From the NCBI GenBank assembly GCA_900317515.1, contig ONHA01000015.1, positions 2,049 through 66,048 on the forward strand: a stretch of 64,000 nucleotides of DNA, in the 5' to 3' direction. Numbering within the stretch: position 1 is the stretch's first letter; every line of letters begins with the position of its first letter. Source of the stretch: an uncultured Eubacteriales bacterium (lineage in GTDB: Bacteria; Bacillota; Clostridia; Lachnospirales; Lachnospiraceae). This document shows positions 19,552 through 29,812 of the stretch, piece by piece. Position numbers and translations under genes: made by a program. A model generated the notes under the pieces. The model was not told the DNA's origin, made no database searches, and saw only the letters and a program-made list of their open reading frames with translations.

Positions 19552-19583
19552 TGAAAATGCCGGGCGAAAGCCCGGCGTTTTCA
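19552..19583. terminator. Bidirectional intrinsic terminator
   Basis: TGAAAATGCCGGGC-GAAA-GCCCGGCGTTTTCA between convergent genes. Confidence 0.8.
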
Positions 19584-19599
19584 TTGCTTCTGTTCACTT

Positions 19600-21591
19600 T
19601 CACTCCCCGGTATGCCCCACAAACCACTCCGTGATCTCCTTCAGCCTCCGCACCCTGTGCTTCGGCTTCCCGGACCGTGAGAGCTCATGGTTCTCCCCGT
19701 GGAAAATGCACATCCTTGTCTCCACCCCGCGTCCTGCGAGCGCCTGCATCATCTGCATCCCTTCCGGCAGCGGGCATCTGTAATCCTCGTCGCTGTGGAT
19801 AAAGAGCGTCGGCGTCTTCACCTTATCGGCGTACTTGAGCGGCGAATGGTTCCACAGGATCTCCGTATTCTTAGCCCCGTACATCCCCTTCGCGCCGTTC
19901 TGGTCCGGACCGAAATAGCCTCCGATATCCGACATGAACCCGAAAGAGATCCAGTTCGAGATCGACCGCTGGCTGGCCGCGCAGACAAACCGGTCCGTGT
20001 GCCCGATGATCCAGTTGGTCATGAACCCGCCGTAGCTTCCGCCGGTCACGCACACGCGCTTCTGATCGATATTCGGATATCTCATGAGCACCTCATCCGT
20101 GAAATCCATGAGGTTCTGGAAGTCTGTTCCGCCGTAGTCGTTTCTGATGTCGGCAAACGCGTCCCCGCGTCCGTCCGACCCCTTTATGTTGGTAAAGAAG
20201 ACCACGAACCCTCTTGCGGCCCAGAGCTGCATCTCATGGAAGAATGTCTCCCCGTAGGCACACCTCGGCCCTCCGTGGACATCCAGAACCGCCGGATAGG
20301 TCTTCTTCTCACTGAAATCCTGCGGCAGAAGGACCCAGCCCCGAAGATCGTATCCGCAGGACTTGTAGTCGACCCGGACCGGCTCCGCGATGTAGCGGCC
20401 GATAAGCGCCTCATCGTTCAGGCAGGTGATCTTCTTAAAATCACTCCCGTCGCGGTTCATCTCATACACTTCCGCAACGTGATTCCAATCCTGGAAAACC
20501 AGCGCGATCTTCTCCTTCGAGCCCGCCATGGAGCAGGCCATACCGTCCATCTCCCAGACGGTCTTCTTCTCAAGGCCTGTCTCCCCTTCGGAAAATGCAA
20601 ACACCGCATTGTGGTCGCGGATCGTCGCCAGCGTAAGGTAGGAGCTTCCGTCCGCGTACTCCGAGACGCCGCCCTCCGCGGTGTCCCCGATCACGCTCGA
20701 GTAGAGCGAGACCTCCGGCACATAGACCGGCACGATGCGATCCTCCCCGATGAGGCATATATTGGATGTCTCGTTTACCCCGTAGGTCTTCATGTCCGAG
20801 GCGTGGCCGAACAGCCGGCCGCCCATCACAAAGAGACGCCCCGTGGAGAAATCATTCTTCCGGTAGATCCCCTCAGACCGTTTCGTCACCGTATCATAGA
20901 CGAAGACCTTGTTGGTGAGGGACATTTTCGCCTTCCTGACAGCGCCCGCGTAGTAGATTTTCGTCCCGTCAACGCAGAAGCTGTCCAGATCAAAATACGG
21001 AGCCGTGAGACGTTTTATGACCGTCTTTCCCTCCTTCAGAGCAATAAAGAAGAGCGCCGTCCGCTTCTTGTTGGTGAAGCCGGCCCCGTTGAACCAGTAG
21101 GGAAGCTCGTCGACGACCTGATAGTCCTTCTCTTCCTTCTTTGCCTCGGCTTTCTTCTTTCGTTCCTCAGGCTTGTCCTTCCACGCGTCCGGATCCTCCG
21201 CGTCGATGCGGATGGACGCGGCGTAGCCTCCCTCCATCTTCTTCATCTGAAGGAGCGCGAACGGCAGCGTCATGAAAGGCTCGGCCTCCCCGCCGTGCAC
21301 GGAGAGCCTGAAGAGCTCGGTCACGCCGGTCTCCTCCTTCTTCGTCACGCGCCTTATGATCAGCGTGTCGTCATCCTCCCAGAGGACGATGTTCGCGTCG
21401 ATCGACCAGGTCACCTGCCGCGCCTGCCCGTTCCGGGAGAGCCAGACGTCCGTGTGGTATTCATTTTTCTCAAGATCCGCCCGCATGACCTCGAACGCGA
21501 GATACGTACCGTCCGGGCTGTAGACCGGGTTATGCGGGATCCTGTAGGCGGCAATGTCCTTCATTTTAACTGCTTTCAGTTTCTGCTTCAT
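19600..21591 (-). CDS. S9 family (prolyl oligopeptidase/acylaminoacyl) peptidase
   Basis: VHGGP, GGSYGG nucleophile elbow, DYRCP and NHELSRSG motifs. Confidence 0.92.
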   Translation of the reverse strand: MKQKLKAVKMKDIAAYRIPHNPVYSPDGTYLAFEVMRADLEKNEYHTDVWLSRNGQARQVTWSIDANIVLWEDDDTLIIRRVTKKEETGVTELFRLSVHGGEAEPFMTLPFALLQMKKMEGGYAASIRIDAEDPDAWKDKPEERKKKAEAKKEEKDYQVVDELPYWFNGAGFTNKKRTALFFIALKEGKTVIKRLTAPYFDLDSFCVDGTKIYYAGAVRKAKMSLTNKVFVYDTVTKRSEGIYRKNDFSTGRLFVMGGRLFGHASDMKTYGVNETSNICLIGEDRIVPVYVPEVSLYSSVIGDTAEGGVSEYADGSSYLTLATIRDHNAVFAFSEGETGLEKKTVWEMDGMACSMAGSKEKIALVFQDWNHVAEVYEMNRDGSDFKKITCLNDEALIGRYIAEPVRVDYKSCGYDLRGWVLLPQDFSEKKTYPAVLDVHGGPRCAYGETFFHEMQLWAARGFVVFFTNIKGSDGRGDAFADIRNDYGGTDFQNLMDFTDEVLMRYPNIDQKRVCVTGGSYGGFMTNWIIGHTDRFVCAASQRSISNWISFGFMSDIGGYFGPDQNGAKGMYGAKNTEILWNHSPLKYADKVKTPTLFIHSDEDYRCPLPEGMQMMQALAGRGVETRMCIFHGENHELSRSGKPKHRVRRLKEITEWFVGHTGE

Positions 21592-21592
21592 C

Positions 21593-23224
21593 TCACCACA
21601 CCTTTACATACTGCTCGTTCATGATATCCTGGATCTCCTCGTAGGGGACCGTCATCTCCGTAAAGAGGTCGATCGGGCAGTCCGGGAACAGCCTCTTGCT
21701 GAAAATGAAAACCGGTCCGTTCGGCGAAAGCCGGAAATCGAGGTTCCCGTACTGCTCCGGATCGACGGTCATCCCTTTAAGCTTCTGAAGGAACGCTTCC
21801 GACTGGAAATACCCCTCGAACCGCTCGTTCGTATAACCCCTGAAATACTCCTCAAACATCCCTGCCAGCCGCTCCGGATCCGTGACAAGGTCCGGGACCG
21901 TGAGGGTCTTCCCGCTCTTTGCGTCGAGAACATAGTAGCGGAACTCGCTCTCGGGGCCGTCCGTACCGAAGGTCTCCCAGGCGCCGTCCTCGATTATGAA
22001 TGTCACCAGGAGATCATCCGCATGCGTCACCCGCATGTCCGTCCAGAGACTGCTGAAGATAACCTGGTCTTTCTTCTTCCGATACCCCTTGAGGCCGCTC
22101 GTGAGCCTCCCGAAAGCCTCGTCGAAGCCCTTCTCCCCCCGCTCGCGGGCCTGCTCATTCAGTGTTTCGAGGGCGGCGGCGAGGTTTTCATTTTCCAGGT
22201 CATCTGTCACGAAATGATCCACTGTGACCTTGGTGTATTCGCCGCTCGCCTCGTCGGTCTTCTTCCTGACATCCTCCTCGACCGGGATCGTCAGCGCGGC
22301 CTCCCTGTTCTCCGGATCCTCGCCGAAGCGCTTCATCGGGATCCAGGGCTCGTACTCCCCGGTCTCCTGGTTCCAGCCCGCGTCGATAAACGCCTTGTAG
22401 AGGTACTCGTTGGCGAGTTTCATGAAGTTGAACCAGTCTCCCGGCACATCCTTCCAGTTGGCTGTCGAGAAATACGAACCGCCGTCCCCGTACGTGATCC
22501 GGACCGTGTAATCGTCCACGGTCTCCGGCATGTCCTCCGTGCGGATATTGAGCCCGTTCAGGTCAGCGAGATGATAGCGGTCCGCCAGCTCCCGAAGCTC
22601 CTCCCAGGTTTCCTCCGGCAGCGGGATCTCCGCGCTGCAGAAGTTCGAGGCGATCATGCGGACGCCGTTCTCCGTCCTGACCGCATACTCATACCGGCCG
22701 GTCTTCGGCAGAAAAACCGTGCTCATCATATAGTGACTGTAATCCACCGTCTCATAGAAGCTCATCTCGATCAGGGCGGCGTCGTCCCAGCGGATCTCCT
22801 TCGGGGCGTCCGGGTCGGAGAGGTCGATCCTCTCCCCGTAGACCGGTTCCGGCGGAGCCACGTAGGGAGTCCGTCTGAACTCGTGCGACATGGTCCCGTA
22901 ATCGAGAACAAACATCTCCGAGACGATGATGTCCTGCCCCGGATCGTAGAAGAGTTCCTCATAAAACTCCGCGTTTTTATCAAGTTCGATCCGTTTTCTG
23001 CTGCCGTCATCCTTCAGGGTGAAGCGCCCGCTGTAGGCTACCGGATCGGGCGTCTCAAAGCCGTAGAGGTAGCGCAGACGGCCTCCGCTGATCTCGATCC
23101 GGTCCGCATTTTCGGACGCCTGCTCATACCAGGTGCCGTCGAGAGCGCTCTTTGAGCCCCCGCATCCAAACAGAAAACCCATGGAAATGAAAGCCATGAC
23201 GATCACCGCGACCTTTTCAATCAT
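21593..23224 (-). CDS. Hypothetical lipoprotein
   Basis: 543-aa ORF with an FLFGC lipobox. No recognised catalytic motif. Confidence 0.75.
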   Translation of the reverse strand: MIEKVAVIVMAFISMGFLFGCGGSKSALDGTWYEQASENADRIEISGGRLRYLYGFETPDPVAYSGRFTLKDDGSRKRIELDKNAEFYEELFYDPGQDIIVSEMFVLDYGTMSHEFRRTPYVAPPEPVYGERIDLSDPDAPKEIRWDDAALIEMSFYETVDYSHYMMSTVFLPKTGRYEYAVRTENGVRMIASNFCSAEIPLPEETWEELRELADRYHLADLNGLNIRTEDMPETVDDYTVRITYGDGGSYFSTANWKDVPGDWFNFMKLANEYLYKAFIDAGWNQETGEYEPWIPMKRFGEDPENREAALTIPVEEDVRKKTDEASGEYTKVTVDHFVTDDLENENLAAALETLNEQARERGEKGFDEAFGRLTSGLKGYRKKKDQVIFSSLWTDMRVTHADDLLVTFIIEDGAWETFGTDGPESEFRYYVLDAKSGKTLTVPDLVTDPERLAGMFEEYFRGYTNERFEGYFQSEAFLQKLKGMTVDPEQYGNLDFRLSPNGPVFIFSKRLFPDCPIDLFTEMTVPYEEIQDIMNEQYVKVW

Positions 23225-23236
23225 GCTGCACCTCCC

Positions 23237-23695
23237 TTATTTCTTTGCGAACAGTTCCTCCGAATCAAGAACCATCGTGAAGGGACCTTCGTTGGTGAGC
23301 CGGATCCGCATCTCCGCGCCGAAGACACCATGCTCCGTGTGGATGCCCGCCTCCCGGCACTTCGCGATGATGTGCTCATAGAGCGCCTCCGCCTTGTCGG
23401 GCGCACCTGCCTTCACAAAGCTGGGCCTGTTGCCCTTCCGCGCATCCGCGTACAGCGTAAACTGGGAAATGACAAGCAGGCTCCCGTTTGTGTCCGCCAG
23501 CGAAAGATTGGTCTTCCCATTCTCGTCCGGATAGATGCGGAGCGCCAGCATCTTCTTCACCATCTTGTCGGCAATTTCCTCCGTGTCCTCCTGACCGACT
23601 CCGACCAGCACCGAGGCCCCGTTTTTGATGGCCCCCACAACTTTTCCCTCAACTTCCACGCTCGCCTCCGAGCATACCTGTACAACCAGTTTCAT
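23237..23695 (-). CDS. dtd: D-aminoacyl-tRNA deacylase
   Basis: MKLVVQ, SQFTL, GNRPSF and NEGPFT motifs. Confidence 0.95.
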   Translation of the reverse strand: MKLVVQVCSEASVEVEGKVVGAIKNGASVLVGVGQEDTEEIADKMVKKMLALRIYPDENGKTNLSLADTNGSLLVISQFTLYADARKGNRPSFVKAGAPDKAEALYEHIIAKCREAGIHTEHGVFGAEMRIRLTNEGPFTMVLDSEELFAKK

Positions 23696-23789
23696 ATCAT
23701 TCACTCTCCTTTTCAATTAGTATAACATGTTCTTTTAAATTGTGGTATGATAGTCAGATCAAATATCAGAGAAAAAACGAGGAACCGCA

Positions 23790-24416
23790 ATGAACCGTCT
23801 CTTAAGTGCAAATGACCTCGCCCGCGTCTCCACGCGCGAGTGCGAAGGCTGCGGCGAATGCTGCCGCGGCATGGGCGACACGATCCATCTCGACCCCTAT
23901 GACATCTATCTCCTCACAAAGCATCTTCACTGCACCGTGAACGATCTCATGGATACCAGCATCGGCCTCCATGTGGAGGACGGTCTGGTCATCCCCCACC
24001 TTCTCATGACAGAAAAAAGCAGCCGCTGCACCTTCCTCGGCGCAGACGGCCGCTGCCGCATACACGCATTTCGTCCCGGCTTCTGCCGGCTCTTCCCCCT
24101 TGGCCGCGAGTACCGCGACGGGACCTTCGGCTACTTCATCGTCCCGGAGGCCTGCAAGAAACCCGGTCAGGTGAAGGTCCGCATCAAAAACTACCTGGGT
24201 TACGAGGACATTGTCTCCTATGAGCGCTTTACGCTCACCTGGCACACTTTCGTGCGGGAAATGCAGACCCTTCTCGCCCGCGCCGAAGCCGACTACCGGT
24301 CGCAGGCGGCTGTCTACCTCCTGCGCCTCTTCTACGTGAAGCCCTACGACACGGAGGCCCCGTTCATGCCCCAGTTTGAGGCCCGCCTTGCGGACGCCAG
24401 GGATACATTTTCCTGA
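23790..24416 (+). CDS. YkgJ-family cysteine-cluster protein
   Basis: CEGCGECC, CTFL, CRIHAFRPGFCRLFPLGR. Confidence 0.85.
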   Translation: MNRLLSANDLARVSTRECEGCGECCRGMGDTIHLDPYDIYLLTKHLHCTVNDLMDTSIGLHVEDGLVIPHLLMTEKSSRCTFLGADGRCRIHAFRPGFCRLFPLGREYRDGTFGYFIVPEACKKPGQVKVRIKNYLGYEDIVSYERFTLTWHTFVREMQTLLARAEADYRSQAAVYLLRLFYVKPYDTEAPFMPQFEARLADARDTFS

Positions 24417-24419
24417 TAC

Positions 24420-25160
24420 TCAGCCAAGGTTCCCAAAAACAAAGTCCTTCACCAGTGCGATGCACTCCCGCAGCATATTGTTCGGGAGGAACGTGACGTT
24501 TGAATCCGCCGCGATCGCGCACGGATTCTTAAGTCCCGCGGCCTCTCCCAGCTTAAGGGCTCTCGCAGCATGGAAATTGTTGGTCACGATGCCGACGCTC
24601 TCGTAATCTTCACCCATAAGCGCTTTGCTGAAGGCGATGTTCTCCGTCGTATTCTTTGATCTGTCTTCCTTTATGATCCGGGCTTCGTCAATCCCGAGAC
24701 TGACCAGATAATCGCACATGCCCTCCGCTTCCGGAAAGGGCTCGTTGCTCCCCTGGCCGCCTGAGACAATGCAGCGCGTGTTTTCATTTTCAGCAAGGTA
24801 CGCGGCGGCCTTATCCAGCCGGTACTTGAGGACCACGCTGGGTCCGCTCTCGTGCACCTGGGCCCCGAGCACGATGATATAGTCGAGCCCGCGCTCTCCC
24901 GGAGCATGAAACTGCGCCATGATCACCCCGTTTAAAATGCAGAGCAGTATGATGCCCGCGGCAACCACGATCCCGCATACAATGTCAAATCTGATATGTC
25001 TTTCAAGGAAACCGCTCCGGATAAGGCCGGCCAGCAGGAAAAAGAGGACGCCGAGCCCCATCCAGACCAGGTAGAATTTGCTGCCCGAGCCGACGCTCAG
25101 CACGACCATCCCGTACAGGATGCACAGCACTCCCGCCGCAGCGGGTATAATCATTTTCAA
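24420..25160 (-). CDS. YdcF/DUF218 family membrane protein
   Basis: IVLGAQV, IVSGGQG, EDRSKNTTEN and VTNNFH motifs. Confidence 0.9.
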   Translation of the reverse strand: MKMIIPAAAGVLCILYGMVVLSVGSGSKFYLVWMGLGVLFFLLAGLIRSGFLERHIRFDIVCGIVVAAGIILLCILNGVIMAQFHAPGERGLDYIIVLGAQVHESGPSVVLKYRLDKAAAYLAENENTRCIVSGGQGSNEPFPEAEGMCDYLVSLGIDEARIIKEDRSKNTTENIAFSKALMGEDYESVGIVTNNFHAARALKLGEAAGLKNPCAIAADSNVTFLPNNMLRECIALVKDFVFGNLG

Positions 25161-25777
25161 ACCATATCCTCCGTGAGCAATGCTTCAATCTTCTGCCGGA
25201 ACAGATCATAGGCCACATCATTCATGCCGCTGTTGATGACGATGTCCGCCTTCGCGCGGGTCGGATCGACGTACAGGTAGTGCATGGGCTTTACCGTAGT
25301 GAGGTACTGGTTGATGATGCCCCTTAGATCGCGCCCGCGCTCCTCGACGTCGCGCAGCACGCGCCGGAGGATGCGCTCATCCGCATCCGCCTCCACATAC
25401 ACCTTGATGTCGAGAAGGTCCCTCACCCTCGGGTCATAGAGGACCAGAATCCCCTCCACCAGAATAATCCGGCTCGGCTTGATCTCGATGACCTTGTCCG
25501 ACCGGTTATGAACCGTGTAGTCATAGACCGGGCAGAGGATCGTCTGACCGTTCTTGAGCGCCCGGAGATGCTCCACGAAGAGGTCGGTCTCCAGCGCGTC
25601 CGGATGGTCGTAATTCACCTTCACGCGCTCCTCAAAGGGTATATCATCCTGCCTTTTGTAGTAGTTGTCATGATAGAGAACCGAGATCCGGTCGCCGAAA
25701 TACCGTTTGAGCCGGTTTGTAAAGGTCGATTTTCCTGATCCCGTGCCGCCCGCAATTCCTATGGTGATCGTATTCAC
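25157..25777 (-). CDS. udk: Uridine kinase
   Basis: IGIAGGTGSGKST, NYDHPDA and RRVLRDVEERGR motifs. Confidence 0.96.
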   Translation of the reverse strand: MNTITIGIAGGTGSGKSTFTNRLKRYFGDRISVLYHDNYYKRQDDIPFEERVKVNYDHPDALETDLFVEHLRALKNGQTILCPVYDYTVHNRSDKVIEIKPSRIILVEGILVLYDPRVRDLLDIKVYVEADADERILRRVLRDVEERGRDLRGIINQYLTTVKPMHYLYVDPTRAKADIVINSGMNDVAYDLFRQKIEALLTEDMV

Positions 25778-25799
25778 AGCTAATCTCCTCTTTAGTGTA

Positions 25800-26912
25800 T
25801 TATGCTTCGCCCGTCAGATACCTGTTCGCAAGAAGAAATACCGCATCCCTCGTAGACCGATGATATTTCGGAAAATCAAGAATCAGGTATAAGACGGTAA
25901 GAAATACGCCTTTTTTCTGGGTGAAGCTCTGCAGTTTCCTCCGTTCCAGCGCATAGAAAATGTCATTGATCAGTATTTTTCTGTCTCCGACGGAGATATC
26001 CTCGATCCATTCGTCAAAGGCCTTCTTAAACCGCCTGGATTTTTTATCCGTGCTGTTCGCCAGCATGAACATGCTCTTCTTCAGATCGACATTCCACGTA
26101 AACGCGTCGTGCTGCAGAAAGCCTTTCGCCGAGCTCTTTACGATGACCGGATCCTTCATAAAATCAAGGACCTGCCCGATCACCGAGGACTCGACGATGT
26201 AGCGGCTGATACGGTCCTTTATCCTGAGGAAGCCCTCGGTCTCATAGACGCCCCGAAGGAAGCCGGGCGCCTCGTTGCTGTAGACTCTTACGATGCGGTT
26301 TGCGATCTCCGGCTCACAGTTGGCCGCCGCGAACACCGCAAGGTGCCCGCCCTTGGAATGGCCGCCTGTCCTGATCGGTGCATCATCCCGCCGCTGCGTC
26401 TCGTTCAGGTAATTCGCCGCCCTCACCTCGGACGGGATCGTCCCGCATACGATCGAAAATGACTCCTTCCAGCCGTCGAGCGAGCTGTCGCTCCCCCGGT
26501 AGGAAATATACCGCACGCCGTCCCCGGTCCTGATCTCAATGGCTCCGAAATGTTCCCTGAGCTCATCATCGTCGATCCCCAACAGATTGTTTAAGACCGC
26601 GTGACCGAAGCGCCTCGACTTTGCCATCCGGCTGAACATCCGGTAGACCGGCACCATGAAGACGTCGCCGCGCAGAAGCTCCCTGGCCGGGTGCTCCGCG
26701 AAAAACCGCTTTGCGGCCTCCCTGATCGTGATCCCCTCCCGGGCCGGCCCCGGAAACTCCGGGACGATCCCCTTTAAGGGAAGATAGGCAAAGCAGGACA
26801 GAAGCAGGTTGTCAAGCTCGTTGAATGGCAGGCTGCTCATCGTCCGCGAGGCGGCTTTGTTTAAGTAATCCATCATATTATAGTGTTTCGTAGGTCTCAA
26901 CTCCTGTCTCAC
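25800..26912 (-). CDS. DUF2974-family lipase-like protein
   Basis: FNELDNLLLS, YRGSD and GHSKGG nucleophile motifs. Confidence 0.8.
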   Translation of the reverse strand: MRQELRPTKHYNMMDYLNKAASRTMSSLPFNELDNLLLSCFAYLPLKGIVPEFPGPAREGITIREAAKRFFAEHPARELLRGDVFMVPVYRMFSRMAKSRRFGHAVLNNLLGIDDDELREHFGAIEIRTGDGVRYISYRGSDSSLDGWKESFSIVCGTIPSEVRAANYLNETQRRDDAPIRTGGHSKGGHLAVFAAANCEPEIANRIVRVYSNEAPGFLRGVYETEGFLRIKDRISRYIVESSVIGQVLDFMKDPVIVKSSAKGFLQHDAFTWNVDLKKSMFMLANSTDKKSRRFKKAFDEWIEDISVGDRKILINDIFYALERRKLQSFTQKKGVFLTVLYLILDFPKYHRSTRDAVFLLANRYLTGEA

Positions 26913-27889
26913 TTACGTCCTGCGGGCTCCTGCGCCTGCAGAGGAAAATGACAAGCCACCTTGCGCCCGTAGATCTCACGCAGCGGAGGTTCTTCCGCTT
27001 TGCATTTTTCCGTGGCGTAGGGGCATCTTGTGTGAAAACGGCAGCCGGACGGTGGTTCCACCGCGCTCGGGATCTCCCCGGCAAGGAGCTCTGCCTTGTC
27101 GTTACGGCTGTGCGGATCCGGCTTCTGCACCGCGTTCAGGAGAAATCTCGTGTAGGGATGCATCGGAGCGCTGTAGACATCCTCCACGGCGCCGACCTCG
27201 CACACCTTTCCGAGGAACATGATGAGGACCCGGTCCGAGATATGGCGGACGACCGACAGATCATGACTGATGAAAAGGTATGTGAGTCCTCTCTCCTTTT
27301 TGAGGTCCATGAGCAGGTTCAGGACCTGGTTCTGGACCGAAACGTCAAGGGCGGAGACCGGCTCATCGCAGACGATCAGGGACGGATCGATGGCGATTGC
27401 CCTCGCGATGCCGATCCTCTGGCGCTGTCCGCCGGAAAACTGGTGCGGATAGCGGTAGAGAAATTCTCCCGGGATGCCCACGGCCTTCATGAGTTCAAGG
27501 ACACGGTCCGTGGTCGCCTCCTTCGTCGGACAGACCTTGTAGGTGATAAGCGGCTCCGCGATCAGGTCCCGCACGGTCATTCTCGGATTCAGGGAAGCAT
27601 ACGGATCCTGAAAGATCATCTGCAGCTGCCGCCTGTATTTCCTGAACTCTCTCTCCTTAAGCCCGGTGACCGTCTCGCCTCTCACCGAGATCTCACCGGC
27701 CGTCGGCTCAATAAGGCGGATCAGCATCCTTCCCAGAGTGGATTTTCCGCAGCCGGATTCTCCGACAAGTCCCAGCGTCTCGCCTTCATAAAGCTCCAGA
27801 GACACATCCGAAACGGCGTGCACTTTCTTTTTTCCGCCGGCAGGAAATTCCTTTGTGAGATTCTTCCCTGTAAGCAGTACTCGGCTCAT
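26909..27889 (-). CDS. oppF: Oligopeptide/dipeptide ABC transporter ATP-binding protein (OppF-like)
   Basis: GESGCGKST, FSGGQRQR and GCRFHTRCP motifs. Start at MSRVLL. Confidence 0.9.
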   Translation of the reverse strand: MSRVLLTGKNLTKEFPAGGKKKVHAVSDVSLELYEGETLGLVGESGCGKSTLGRMLIRLIEPTAGEISVRGETVTGLKEREFRKYRRQLQMIFQDPYASLNPRMTVRDLIAEPLITYKVCPTKEATTDRVLELMKAVGIPGEFLYRYPHQFSGGQRQRIGIARAIAIDPSLIVCDEPVSALDVSVQNQVLNLLMDLKKERGLTYLFISHDLSVVRHISDRVLIMFLGKVCEVGAVEDVYSAPMHPYTRFLLNAVQKPDPHSRNDKAELLAGEIPSAVEPPSGCRFHTRCPYATEKCKAEEPPLREIYGRKVACHFPLQAQEPAGRK

Positions 27890-27903
27890 AGCAATGCCTC
27901 CCA

Positions 27904-28875
27904 TTAATGCTCCCCCGCAAAGGTGCAGAGCACCTTGTGGCCCGGGGAAATCTCCCGATACTCCGGCATGACGTCGCCGCACTCCTTCCGGCATTCACCG
28001 CAGCGGAGCGAAAATGCGCATCCCTCCGGCAGATAAAGCAGGTTCGGGACCACACCCGGAATCGTATCCAGCCTTTCGCCGCCGCGCCGCAGCGATGAGA
28101 CCGCGTTCAGAAGCCCCTTTGTGTAGGGGTGCTGCGGATCGTCGAATAAGGTAAATGTGTCCGCCTCCTCCACGACCTTGCCGGCATACATGACATACAC
28201 ATAGTCGCAGATCTGGGCGATGACGCCCAGGTTGTGGCTGATCATGAGAATACTGGTCCCGCCTTCGCACAGCTTTTTCATGAGGCGGAGGATCTGGGCC
28301 TCGACCGTGACATCAAGTGCCGTGGTCGGCTCGTCGGCAATCAGGATCTCCGGCTTCATGATCATGGCCATGGCGATCATCACGCGCTGTCTGAGTCCCC
28401 CCGAGAGCTGGTGCGGATAGCAGTCATACCGCTTCTCCGGATCGGAGATGCCGACCTCCCTGAATATCTCGATCGTGCGGCGCTTTGCCTCCTTCCGCGT
28501 CACATTCGAGTGAAGAAGGACTGCCTCATCCACCTGCTTTCCGACCTTTATGACCGGGTTAAGACTCGTCATGGGTTCCTGAAAGATCATGGAGATCCGG
28601 GAGCCTCTGATGCTGCATTTCTCGCGCTCGGAGAGAGGCAGAATATTCTGCCCATCCAGCCGGATCTCTCCTCCGACGACCTTCCCCGGGTACTTCAAAA
28701 GCCCCATGATTGCCCGGGCGGTCATACTCTTTCCGCAGCCGGACTCACCCACGATGCCGACGATCTTCCCGGCGGGGATCCTGAGCGAGACATCGTTGAC
28801 CGCCCTGACTTCCCCGTTCATCGTAAAAAAACTGACTTTGAGGTTATCGACCTCGAGCGTCATTTTATTTTCCAT
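27904..28875 (-). CDS. oppD: Oligopeptide/dipeptide ABC transporter ATP-binding protein (OppD-like)
   Basis: GESGCGKS, LSGGLRQR and DEPTTALDVT motifs. Confidence 0.9.
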   Translation of the reverse strand: MENKMTLEVDNLKVSFFTMNGEVRAVNDVSLRIPAGKIVGIVGESGCGKSMTARAIMGLLKYPGKVVGGEIRLDGQNILPLSEREKCSIRGSRISMIFQEPMTSLNPVIKVGKQVDEAVLLHSNVTRKEAKRRTIEIFREVGISDPEKRYDCYPHQLSGGLRQRVMIAMAMIMKPEILIADEPTTALDVTVEAQILRLMKKLCEGGTSILMISHNLGVIAQICDYVYVMYAGKVVEEADTFTLFDDPQHPYTKGLLNAVSSLRRGGERLDTIPGVVPNLLYLPEGCAFSLRCGECRKECGDVMPEYREISPGHKVLCTFAGEH

Positions 28876-28894
28876 GAAGCACCTCTTCTTCCGT

Positions 28895-29809
28895 TTACCC
28901 CTTCTTCTGATGCGGATCCAGCACGTCTCGAAGACCGTCCCCCAGGAAATTAAAGGCCAGCACGACCAGCATGATCGCCGCGCTCGGAGCGAAGGCCAGC
29001 CACGGAGCGTTGGTCAGAAACTGTCTCCCCGCATTAACCATGAGGCCCCAGGAAGCACTCGGCGGCTGTATGCCGAGACCCAGGAAGCTTAAGCTGCTCT
29101 CCGTCAGGATCGAGGACGGTACATTCAGGGTAAAGAGCACGATAAAGGTCGGCAGGCAGTTGGGCAGGATGTGCCTGAGGATGATAACCGGCCGGGGCAC
29201 ACCGATTACGCGGGCCGCCTCGACGTATTCATTTCCCTTGAGCTGCAGCGTCTCCGACCGGACGATGCGGGCGACGCTGGCCCAGTTGACCAGTGCCAGG
29301 GTCAGGATCACATTGCCGAGCCCGTCGCCCAGCATGTACATGATGACCATCGCAAGGAGCATGGACGGAAATGCCAGCATGATGTCCGCAAGCCGCATGA
29401 TCAGCATATCTGCGATTCCGCCGTAGTAACCCGCGATCATGCCGAGCGCCGCCCCGACCACCATTGCAAGGAGGGTCGGCACCACGCCGATGAAGAGGGA
29501 GACGCGGGAACCGTAGAGAAGCCTGGTCAGGATATCCCTGCCGCCCTCATCCGTTCCCAGCAGATGGGCCGCCGAAGGTCCCGAGAGGCGGTTCATAAGA
29601 TCCATGCCGTCGTATGTGTAAGGTGTGAGGACCGGCGCAAAGATAGCCCCCAGCATGATAAGAAGGATGAGTACAAGGGAAAATGCCGCCAGCCTGTTCT
29701 CCCTCACGAGACGCAGCATGATCGTCCTTGCATTCTCCTCCTCGCCGGCCTGGCTTCTGAGCCGAATGTCCCTGATCTCTTCAGACTGTTTTTTTCTTCC
29801 GAAGGGCAT
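28895..29809 (-). CDS. oppC: ABC transporter permease (OppC-like)
   Basis: HLLGTDEGGRD, EYVEAARVIG and LSFLGLG motifs. Confidence 0.9.
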   Translation of the reverse strand: MPFGRKKQSEEIRDIRLRSQAGEEENARTIMLRLVRENRLAAFSLVLILLIMLGAIFAPVLTPYTYDGMDLMNRLSGPSAAHLLGTDEGGRDILTRLLYGSRVSLFIGVVPTLLAMVVGAALGMIAGYYGGIADMLIMRLADIMLAFPSMLLAMVIMYMLGDGLGNVILTLALVNWASVARIVRSETLQLKGNEYVEAARVIGVPRPVIILRHILPNCLPTFIVLFTLNVPSSILTESSLSFLGLGIQPPSASWGLMVNAGRQFLTNAPWLAFAPSAAIMLVVLAFNFLGDGLRDVLDPHQKKG

Positions 29810-29812
29810 GAC

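Noticed and set aside
19687-23155. Long plus-strand ORFs (645 aa and 533 aa)
   Set aside because: Antisense shadows of the S9 peptidase and lipoprotein genes, expected in GC-rich DNA. They have no motifs.
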